This document shows, piece by piece, positions 36,972 to 46,560 of a stretch of 64,000 nt of DNA. How positions within the stretch are numbered: the first letter of the stretch is position 1; each line of letters begins with the position of its first letter. A model generated the notes under the pieces. It worked only from the letters and a program-made list of their open reading frames with translations, did not search any database and was not told the DNA's origin. A program made the translations under genes and the position numbers. The DNA comes from Lophium mytilinum (Eukaryota): NCBI GenBank assembly GCA_010093605.1, contig MU004188.1, positions 65,673 to 129,672 on the forward strand. Direction: 5' to 3'.

Positions 36972-37680
36972 TAAAAAGTGTTTATAGTGTAAATACATTC
37001 GACAAATTCAACCGATACGGTCCATTGTGTGACTACTTGTGCAATGCGCGGACATTTAGTAAGGCGAAAGCTAGGGCCTAGCTGTGGTGCTCTTTTGGGC
37101 ATTCTTCACTGGTTACTGTAGTAGTTACTCCAGGCTTTTGTCAATGCTAACAATTCAGCTCACTGGCACTTGCATGATGCTGTCGGGGGTCCTCCAACAA
37201 GGTGACTAGTCAGTTAAATTACGGATTTTCTCGTTTAAGTTCTACCGCTTAATACTATAGCTTCAGGTAAAAGTCTAAATTACAGATCCTAGAATATGAC
37301 ATGGACTTCCGATTAGTCGAGTGCGCTGGGGCACCCCTAGCAGTGGCAAACTATTGTCACCCGTGCCAGTCTTGCGCCTGATTCGCATGCTTCGAGGTCT
37401 GTCCACTCGTGCAGATTTTGGAAGCAGCATCGAAGCACCCCAAACGGTGGCAGAGCGTGTCTAAGCATATCGTCAATTGTTATAATCTTACTACCCTATA
37501 CCCTGATTCGCCAATGTTGATCCCCCTCGTCCATATGAAGCCCTATATGACCCGCGTTCTCAGATACGAACCACTCGCAATCATAACTCTATGGTATTTC
37601 TCGTCCACGTTTTATCCGCTTTCTATGCATAACGTCATAAAAGTAAGACTAGACCATCTCCCTAATCTCAAGCAATGCTC

Positions 37681-38733
37681 CTACTTCAAAACCGGCCTCG
37701 ACTTCGCCTCAATCCTCCCACTCCTCCTCGTCTTCTCCTTCGTCGACTTTTGCACACCCCGGGGTTTCGATGCTCGCGCGGCCTTGATTGGCTTGTGAAT
37801 GCGCTGTATATTTGATCCTGCTGTGCGAGCGAAGAACTTGACGACCATCTCCGCCGCCCTCAAGCTGTCGTCGTCCGCGTCAATTGCTTCAAGCGCCTCG
37901 TCGATCCTAGTGTCGTCCCACCCGGCTATTGGACCAAAGACTTTGATCGTTTCCGAGTTCACGAATCTATCGAACTCGAAATGGCCCTGGAAGGTGAGGA
38001 CGCGCGAGGGTTGGTAGACGCCCTGGCAGTGGCAATGTGGCGTGCTGCCTAGCAGGACCCAATCCGAGGGAAGGGAAGACGAAGCGGGAGAGTGATGGGA
38101 TGGGGTGAGGACGACGTGGTCCGCGTGGACAAATTGGAGGCGGAGCGTCGAGGAGCTCGCGGCAGGGAGCTCTGCTGGGAGCGAAGACAGAGGGGAGGGT
38201 GATGGAGTGTCATCGGGGGTAGGAACTTGCTTCACTTCTTTGGCCGTCTTATTCACGCCTTCTGAATTTGATTCTGGGAACACCCCTAGGAACTCTTGAG
38301 CAAGCCTGATCTCGTGCACCCCGACCTCCCACCCGCTCCCATCCCTTTCAACCCTCACGCCATAGTCCCTCAGCAGGCTCTGACACACGATCTGGTGCCC
38401 AAAACAACTTCCGAAGATCTTGATCTGAGGGTAATTGGCATAGATGAACGATATCCAAGTGTCGAGTTGCTGTACCCAGGGGTCCTTGTCATATGACGAG
38501 GCAGCGGAGCCGGTGATGACGATGCCAGAGAGGGTGGAGAGAACGGTGGTTGGGGGATATTGGCCGGATACGACGTCGTAGGCGGTGGTAGTGATAGTGG
38601 GGTAGGAAAGTCGAGATGATGCGTCTTGCAGGAGGGATGTGAAGATATTGCTGTAGAGGCCGCGTTTAGCCAACACTGTGGGCACGGGGTTGTCCGTGTC
38701 TAGGATGGCGATATGGAGGGGTGGAGGGGCCAT
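37681..38733 (-). CDS. Class I glutamine amidotransferase-like hydrolase (gamma-glutamyl amide hydrolase-like), 350 aa
   Basis: ITGS, nucleophile elbow GSCFGHQ and QGHFE give an intact Cys-His-Glu triad. Stand-alone, with no synthase domain. Confidence 0.9.
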   Translation of the reverse strand: MAPPPLHIAILDTDNPVPTVLAKRGLYSNIFTSLLQDASSRLSYPTITTTAYDVVSGQYPPTTVLSTLSGIVITGSAASSYDKDPWVQQLDTWISFIYANYPQIKIFGSCFGHQIVCQSLLRDYGVRVERDGSGWEVGVHEIRLAQEFLGVFPESNSEGVNKTAKEVKQVPTPDDTPSPSPLSSLPAELPAASSSTLRLQFVHADHVVLTPSHHSPASSSLPSDWVLLGSTPHCHCQGVYQPSRVLTFQGHFEFDRFVNSETIKVFGPIAGWDDTRIDEALEAIDADDDSLRAAEMVVKFFARTAGSNIQRIHKPIKAARASKPRGVQKSTKEKTRRSGRIEAKSRPVLK

Positions 38734-39201
38734 TGTAAGATAGTATTTCTCCTTAGGTTCCGGAATGATGCTCTCAACATAGAGTATGGAAAGATAGAAT
38801 TTGACAGATATACGCAGCGTAGATAGATTATGTGAGCACTGGCACGTGACGTATCGATATATACTCAGCGATGAAGCTTCTCAGAGATGGGAGAGTGCCC
38901 TCAAAACTTGAGGTTGTATAACTTTCAAGATAGAGATGTTAGACAGCGATGGCAGTAATAGGCATTCGTAATAGGAAAGATTGCGCCAGAAAAACAACTC
39001 TTGTGCCTTCGAACACCAACAAGCACGCAGTCGCTACTTTTCGTGAGTCCATCATCAACCTCATCCCGAATGTGCTTCCCCATCGCACGTCCATCCGAAG
39101 CCCAGCACTCCGGATCGCAATGGTAACCAGAATTCGAGGTTGCAGGCGAAGTCGCCGATAGGAGAAAGCGGCCGAAGAGAGTGCGACGGCGCAGCTCAAG
39201 A

Positions 39202-39217
39202 CGGGCCTCTGGCTCCG
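39202..39217. promoter_or_regulatory. Putative Zn2Cys6 site CGG-N10-CCG (GATase/MFS divergent promoter)
   Basis: CGG GCCTCTGGCT CCG, followed by ATGG as in the ICL-like promoter site. Confidence 0.45.
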
Positions 39218-39647
39218 ATGGTCACGACTCGCGACACCATGCGTATTCGGCGACTCTCCGCAGTACGGGCAGCCTCGCCACCAGACAGCTGGAACAACTG
39301 GCACCACTCTTATCAGCAAATTCGATACTTCTGGAGAATGCCGGGACTCGCGCTGCGCTGGGAGCGAACTGGCAGCGGTCTATAGGTACCTATCTTGAAC
39401 TTATAGATACGTACGCGGCATCGGTGGCATCTCGGACGACGCGGAAGTCATCTCAGGAAGGGCTACAAAAGACGGGGGTCCCAGGCACTACGAAGACCAT
39501 ATGCAGCCGTTTGCCGATCACTGAGTTCCAACTCTCTGGTCCACTACTACTTCTTGACTCCATTCTGCTCCCACTGGGTGCTTCTACTTGTCTTCTTCAT
39601 ATCAACACCATCGGGACATCATACTATCCCAAAGCTCATAGCCTTCC

Positions 39648-41339
39648 ATGGACGACTCTAAAGACACCAAGATGACTATCAACCCGGGTGACGCAGGCGA
39701 TGCCGAGTCCATGAAGCATGGCTATATTTCCAACGACGTCGACATTGCTGCTGCTTATGCAGGCCAGCTCGATGGCGAGAATGCCTATACCCGCAAGGAA
39801 CAGGTTCGGCTGAGATGGAAGCTAGACTTGCGACTTGTGCCCCTGTTGTGGTTCAATGTCACCTTGGGTGCCATGGACAAAGTTACCACATCGACTGCTG
39901 CGCGTGAGTACGGAGAGAGATGACTCAGTTTCGCAATTGCTAACGGGGTCTCAGTCTACGGGATGAAGAAAGACTGCAATCTTACTGGTGATCGATACAG
40001 CTGGGTTGGCAGCGCCTTTTACGTAGGTGTAGAAAGAAGATATCAAGTCTGACAATTGCTAAATGGGCCATAGTTTGGATATCTCTTTTGGTGTCTCCCG
40101 TCCGGAAGTCTTCTGCAGCGATTTCCCATTGCGAAGCTGATGTTTGTGGCCCAATTGCTTTGGGGTGTCATTCTCATCGGCACGGGGTTTGCCAACAACT
40201 TTGCGACCCTCATTGCTCTTCGCGTCCTACTGGGTGTTCTGGAGGCTCCAATTGTCCCTGGTAACTTCTTAGTTCTTGGAATGTGGTACACTCGCAGAGA
40301 ACAGCCCCTCCGCACAGGTCTCATGTACACTGGCCTTTCCGTCTGCTTTACTGGGCCGTAAGTTCAAAATCACTTCTCTCACCATTCTGGATTCGTCTAA
40401 TAAACCCCTAGTATTGGCTACGGTATTGGTTTCATCGCCGGCGACCACGCATGGAGATCTATGTTCTGGATCACCGGTGCCATGACCATCGTTTGGGCCG
40501 TCATCATCGGTGTCTTCCTCCCCGACAATCCTGTCAACACCACGTTCATCAACGAGCGCCAAAAGGCTATCTTAGTTGAGCGACTCCGCGCCGACCAGAC
40601 CGGTGTTGAGAACAAGACTTTCAAGCGCGAGCAGATGATCGAAGCGCTACTAGACCCGAAGACTTGGCTCATGTTTCTCTTCAACATCTGGATCTCCATT
40701 CCCAACGGCGGTTTGACGAACTTTGCTCCACTCATCATCAAGGGGTTGGGCTACACCTCTCAGCGTTCAGTGCTGCTCACGATGCCTACCGGAATCATGC
40801 AGACCGCCAGCTCGTACATGTGCAACGGTGGCGTTTTCCTCTGCGCAAAGTACCTCCCCAAGTACCAGCTCCGTGGCGCCTGGGTAGCCTTCGGAATCAT
40901 CGTGGGCCTGATCTCATCCGTCTTCCTCTACACGCTGCCACTACATAACTACAACGGTCGCCTCGCAGCCCTTTACATGTCTTACTTTTACCTCGGACCT
41001 TACATCGTCGCGCTCGGTATCAACACAGCCAACACGGCAGGCCACACAAAGAAGGTCACCACCAACGCGCTCATCTTCATCTCCTACTGCGTCTCCAACA
41101 TCATCGCGCCGCAATTCTTCAAGGCTGAGCAGGCACCGCTTTACCCGCTGGGTATGGGTGCTATTCTTGGAAGCTATGTGCTAAGTCTGATTACGATTGC
41201 GGCGTACTGCGGATACTGCAAGTGGGAGAATACTAGGAGGGATCGGGTTGATTTGGCGAAGGATGCGAGGGTGCATGCGGATACTGATTTCAAGGACTTG
41301 ACGGATAAGCAAAATCCCCATTTTAGATATGTGTTTTAA
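39648..41339 (+). CDS. MFS anion:cation symporter, Dal5/allantoate permease family, multi-exon
   Basis: KLDLRLVP, MDK, YSWVGSAFY, LRVLLGVLEA, WYTRREQPLR, LPDNP, NTAGHTKK and FKDLTDKQNPHFRY. Confidence 0.93.
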
Positions 41340-41620
41340 GTCTAGGATAAACATATTTTGGGTACTAGATATGTGATCTGTATATACGAGGATAGGTGGG
41401 ATGATCTTTGGGATATTTGCGAGCGTGTTTTTGGGAATATAATGAACGAACATTATTTATGAACCTTTCTACAGTTAGTGCATCGTCACAGGTCTATGTA
41501 ACTCACGTCTAGTGCTTCAACATCTTCTATTCAGCATCTACATCTTGTTCCCTAGTGCTGGCTACATCTATGTCTATTCCTGCAAAAGTCAATCTGTCCA
41601 CCCACTATAGTCTTGTAAGC

Positions 41621-43714
41621 TCAGCCCCGGAGGACTTCCATCGCAGCTTCTAGAATTTTTTTCTCGGCTTTCAGCATCGATCGACAGCGCTTTGTCTCTC
41701 CATCTTCCCCGGCAATCCTCTCAAGCTGATCGTCGTCAAGACCCAGGATCAGCTCCGAGCTGAAGACCTTCAGTGGGCTATCGTCTCCCTCAAGGAGGAA
41801 GTGACTGATAACCTGCCTGCACACGACATCTACGAATCGCTTTCTGGATACCTTGTAGTAGCTCATGAGAATGTCAAGAATATCGTCTCGCACCTGCTGG
41901 GCGTTGTCTTTCGCCTGATTCAGACGACCTTGTCGCTTCTTCTGAACTTCCGCATTGAAATAGTGGTTGTATGTGGACGGCCTTGCGTCTCGTTCAATGC
42001 GCAGCAGAAACCGGGCTTGCTCCATCGCTTGGACATAAGCCTTACGAAGCTCATCGAGAAGGATGTCCTCCCATAGCTGTTCACGGACCTGCCTCTCGGT
42101 GCAGATATGAGCCAGAAGCTTGTAGATATAGTCGTGCACGAGCGCGATCGATTCGCTGACGTGGGCAAGGACGAGCGGTTCCCATTTCTCGGATTGTTCC
42201 TTGAATGTGATACCAAGAATCGCGCTGGAGAAAGTCCCTAATTCTGACCCACGGTTCGATTGGTACACCATATCGATGTGATCCAAGATTGAAATACTAC
42301 CGAACGGTGGCAGTCGGAACGCTGTTGGTTGCGGGCACCTGTAAGCGTTGGTATCAAGGATGTCGTGAAGTTCAGGGTAAGTCGAAATTGGAACTTCGAA
42401 GGGTACGTTTCCTTCTCCGACCTCAGCTGCAGTTGCGTCGTATGCTTTTTCTCCTTCGTCATCCCACTTGACCGAAAAGTGTCGCTTGTGCCCTTTCCTC
42501 CAGAAGTCGTTTGCAAATCGCTCATTACTCTTCGTAATATTCGTGATAAGCTTCAAGCCTGGAAGTTCTGTGAAGACACTTTCGCTGCTGTAGTACCCGT
42601 TCAGTGCGCACTGGGTAATCGCCTGGAATCTGGATCCCAGTCTCCCGAGATACATCCTTTGAGAGCTCTGCTCCGTACGAGACGGCCCCATTTTCTCCAG
42701 CTCTTCTCGGCGCTGACGCAATTGCTTTCCAACATCGGCCTTGACATGCGGAAATTCTTTCTTCGAAATGCTCATGAGGAGATCCTGGAGCCGGGTCTTG
42801 AGCGATCCAATGCCACACCGTCCGGAGCTTTCTATCCGTTGCCACCGTGGCTCCCTAAAGAACGTTTCTTCCTTGGCCAGTCGCTCTGCCTTTGTGGAAT
42901 GCTGATCATCTGCACTGCGGTTCTTCACAATACCGTACCCCAACTTCAGTGGGTTCCTTCTCCCGAGAACAAGCTCCATGACCGCATCTTGCATGGCGTT
43001 CTCAGTTACCAGATCAGGTTTCGTGAGCACTCCCATGGTTCTCGTTCCGCCCGGATCAGCAACTTCTGCCATTTTCAGGATCTCCTGGGTGGTAACATCG
43101 ACGTTAGATGGGAGGACCGCTAAAATGACAGTCCGGCTGTTCCCCATGTATGACTCCACTATGGTTTTGACCAAAGCAACATCGCTATCTGTAGTAAGAG
43201 GCGGAGATGAGACGCGAAATATGCCGGGCACATCTATTACCGTAAAGTGCTCTTCGTCAGGTCCACTGATCTCGATCTTGAGGATGTCCTCGCTGAACGC
43301 TTGTAGGCCAGAGTCGGTGTCTTCTGCCGTCATCCTGATTCCCATGACTATGTTCGCCTCCGCGATGATGCTACCAAGGCCTTCGTTTTCAAGATTTGAG
43401 ATGTTTCGCTTGAACGCCCGAAGTCGAATATCCACCGCGGCATCTGCACCTGGTCGGGGAATAATAGATACCACAACCTTCTTCTCAGACTCACGACGAC
43501 AAGAAATCTGTGTGGCATAGCGGGTACAGAGGCCGGGAGCTTGAGGGAAGGAAAATCCTGTTAGACTCTCCAAGAGTGAGGACTTTCCAGATGACTGATC
43601 ACCCACGACGACAAGCTGAGGTAAATCTATGGTCTTGACATTTAATTCGCGTAGCTTGTCGATTTTGTTGAGATAGGACTGGTTGGCCAGGCCGCGCGAG
43701 CTACTATCTCCCAT
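41621..43714 (-). CDS. Mx-like dynamin-family GTPase, intronless
   Basis: LPQLVVVGDQSSGKSS (G1), CTR (G2), DVPG (G3), TKPD (G4) and GED SYYKVSRKRFVD. Likely start MGDSS at 43714; the ORF is open from 43921. Confidence 0.92.
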   Translation of the reverse strand: MGDSSSRGLANQSYLNKIDKLRELNVKTIDLPQLVVVGDQSSGKSSLLESLTGFSFPQAPGLCTRYATQISCRRESEKKVVVSIIPRPGADAAVDIRLRAFKRNISNLENEGLGSIIAEANIVMGIRMTAEDTDSGLQAFSEDILKIEISGPDEEHFTVIDVPGIFRVSSPPLTTDSDVALVKTIVESYMGNSRTVILAVLPSNVDVTTQEILKMAEVADPGGTRTMGVLTKPDLVTENAMQDAVMELVLGRRNPLKLGYGIVKNRSADDQHSTKAERLAKEETFFREPRWQRIESSGRCGIGSLKTRLQDLLMSISKKEFPHVKADVGKQLRQRREELEKMGPSRTEQSSQRMYLGRLGSRFQAITQCALNGYYSSESVFTELPGLKLITNITKSNERFANDFWRKGHKRHFSVKWDDEGEKAYDATAAEVGEGNVPFEVPISTYPELHDILDTNAYRCPQPTAFRLPPFGSISILDHIDMVYQSNRGSELGTFSSAILGITFKEQSEKWEPLVLAHVSESIALVHDYIYKLLAHICTERQVREQLWEDILLDELRKAYVQAMEQARFLLRIERDARPSTYNHYFNAEVQKKRQGRLNQAKDNAQQVRDDILDILMSYYKVSRKRFVDVVCRQVISHFLLEGDDSPLKVFSSELILGLDDDQLERIAGEDGETKRCRSMLKAEKKILEAAMEVLRG

Positions 43715-44326
43715 TGCTCGAGAGAAGGCGAGAAATAAGGGACGAGAAGTACCTAGGCCTAGAGAAGCTAGCCGTGGGGTGGAGAGATGAGAAAGCATGT
43801 TCAATACGCCACTTAACATTGAAGCTATAAAGGCATTTCCCATTGAGAGCAAAACACGCCCTAAGTTTGCCAAAATCGCTTCAACTATCAAACGAACTCC
43901 AACCCTTTCGGTTCCATACATGTTTCTACCTTTCCGGAAGAGAGTAGTAGTAGCGAATCTTAGCTAAGGGAAACATTTCATCTCTAGATTGTAGGAGTGT
44001 TTTCTTCCAAGGAAAAGAAAACCTAGCAATGGCAAGGAATATTGAGTTGTCTAACGGCATGGACCTAAGTTTGTGAAGGAGAGCACTCACCTAGGTAGTA
44101 GCCTGCAAAAGAGGTGTTGTTACGGAAACCAGAAATTAGCTACAGATCTGCGAAATTCCCACCACCAACTCCCAAAAGCCTTAGCCCCTTCTCAACTACC
44201 CGTAATTCCCAAACGACGTCGCAATCTTCGGCATCTCTCCCGCCCCGCAGCGCGCTCGCCACGAGGTCGGTCCCAAGCCCAGGGTCCCGGCCCACTCCCG
44301 TCGCACGAATCGGCCCTGTTCCTAGC

Positions 44327-44354
44327 CTCCATCGGACTCCCGAGTCCGATGGAG
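44327..44354. promoter_or_regulatory. Perfect 13-bp inverted repeat containing TCGG-N10-CCGA, upstream of the ICL-like gene
   Basis: CTCCATCGGACTC-CC-GAGTCCGATGGAG, about 260 bp upstream of the ATG at 44614. Confidence 0.6.
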
Positions 44355-44613
44355 CCTGCGGTGCTATCACGGATACCAACAACGCGACCTCGGGCAAAGC
44401 GACGCGTTGAGATAGGAAAAGAATGGAGAAATGGCGGGGGCTCATAACAATACCTAGCGAATAGCGAATATCAATATACTATAGTGCCCCTCACTCACCC
44501 CTCATCACCTCATCGCCCCTCATCACTCCAGCATTTCAATGCTCTCCAAGCTTACATCCACTATATTCAGAACCTCAGACCCAGAAAGTAAAGCTACAGA
44601 CGCAAACAACACG

Positions 44614-46371
44614 ATGCCGAAACTAGCCATCTCTGTGGAGCAAGAGCAGGCGGCGTTTGAGGAAGAGGTCAAGGCGATCGAGAAGCAGTGGAGTGAGCGG
44701 CCGCATTTGAAACGGTAAACCCTCCAACCCTTCGCCATGATCTATGCTGCATGTACTGATGGATGTAACTATGAAGCCCATACACTGCCCGGACAATCGC
44801 CGCACTCCGCAACACCATCCCCCAATCCTACGCCTCAAGCGTGCAAGGTCGAAAACTCTGGAACCAACTTAACGCCCACAATGCCGCTGGGACGTGCGAA
44901 CTGACCTTCGGCACCACCGACCCAGTCGTCGTGTCCCAGATGGCGAAACACCAGCAGAGCGTCTACGTCTCCGGCGCCCTCTGCGGCTTCAGCGAAGTCT
45001 CCTTCCCCGGCATGGATGCGTGCGACTACCCGTGGGACACTGTTCCCAAGGTCGTGAAAAAGGTCTTCTCGTCGCAGCTGTGGCACGACCAGCGGCAACG
45101 CCAGTACCGGATGCGCCACCCAGTCTCCGAGCGCGCGGAGCTGGAGAATTGGGACTACCTAGCGCCGATCGTAGCGGACGGGGACATGGGTTTCGGGAAC
45201 TTGACCAGCACGATGAAGATGGCGAAGGAGTTCGTGGAGAGTGGGGTAGCGATGATCCATTTGGATGATTTGGCGATTGGGATGAAGAAGTTCACGGTTG
45301 GACAGGTGAGCTTCCCAGAATATACTTACCGAGCTCTGGGACTAATGTTGAGTTTATAGGGACGAACCGTGGTGCCTACATCCGAGTACTTGGATCGGTT
45401 GAAGGCGGTACGGATGCAGTTCGATGTTATGGGGTAAGTTTTTGATTTGAAGCGTGAAGATTGATATGACGCTGACTAGTGTGAATAGTGCTGATACGCT
45501 TCTGTTGTGCCGTTGTGACATCGACCATTCCGAGTTCATCTCCAGTGTTGTAGACGCCCGCGACCACGAGTATGTGCTGGGTGCCACTCGGCAAGTGCGG
45601 CCACTCAAGGACGTGCTTGCGGATGCGCAGGCTGTTGGCGAGGACCTTAAAGTGGTCCGTAGTGCATGGAAAGCATCTGCTGGTCTTCTCACCTACGATG
45701 ATGCCGTCAAGGCGCAAGCCTCTGAGGACCAGTTCAAAACATACAAGCTGGAGTTGTCGAAGGCTAACCCTTCGATCGCCTCCCGCCGGGAGATCGCGTC
45801 AAAGGTCCTCAGCAAGGACATCTTCTTTGACTGGGAGCTGCCGCGCTCTTATGTTGGCCAGTATATGTTCGCGCCAACGGTCAAGACCATCATCGAGCGT
45901 GCGATTGCTGCTGCGCCCCTCGGAGACGTCACCTGGGCTCGCATGGACTCGCCTGTCTGGAAGGACATCGTTGAGTTCCACACCGAGGTTCGCAAAGTCT
46001 TCCCAGACCGACTTTTCGCTTTTGGTTACACAGGCGATTATGACTACGGAAAGGCTGGTTTCTCGGAGTCCGCAATCAAGACGCTGCATCTAGACTTGGC
46101 AAAGCTAGGTGTCGTGTGGCAAGTCCAGCCCATCTGGAGTCTGCAAGGGCTAAATCTCTTGACGGAGCAATTCGGCAAGCTGTTTGCAGAGGAAGGTATT
46201 GCGGGCTACATCCGGACAGTGCAGACGCCGGCTTTAGCTACGAAGCCAATGACCGACGGGTTTGAGAAGCTAAGCTACTGTGGTGGATATCTGGCAGATG
46301 CGTTCTTCGAGACGGTGGCAGGCGAGGAGATAGTCGAGAAAGGGAGTGCGCCAAACACTAAGAGGCATTGA
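44614..46371 (+). CDS. Non-canonical isocitrate lyase-family protein, 4 exons
   Basis: Exons 44614-44714, 44777-45305, 45360-45433 and 45489-46371. ICL-like segments FEEEVKAIEKQW..KRPY, YVSG, DYPWDTVPKVV, DYLAPIVADGDMGFG, RDHEYVLGAT and IFFDWELPR. The catalytic loop reads KKFTV. Confidence 0.88.
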
Positions 46372-46560
46372 TTGGAAGCGCTTGATTTTGGGATGTAAAT
46401 AGAAATAGAAGTAAATTATCGTGATTCCCTAGAGTTTGGACCGTTCAAGCGTTGGCTACAAGTTGCGACTACACCTCAAAGACGCATAATGATGAGGGAA
46501 ACCGAAGTAGGTAGGTTTGAACTTGTTTGCGTAGTCTGAGTTTCTCTAGAAGGTAAACGA

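Noticed and set aside
18655..41339. Purine/allantoin degradation cluster (NCS1, Dal5-type MFS and hydantoinase-family gene)
   Set aside because: No uricase, allantoinase, allantoicase or ureidoglycolate lyase is present. The NCS1 gene is about 10 kb away behind three unrelated genes, so it is not included in the cluster.
44112..44455. LTR/MITE-like inverted ends (AGGTGTTGTTACG ... CATAACAATACCT) around the ICL-like promoter
   Set aside because: Only an 11/13 match with no target-site duplication; the interior looks like an ordinary GC-rich promoter.
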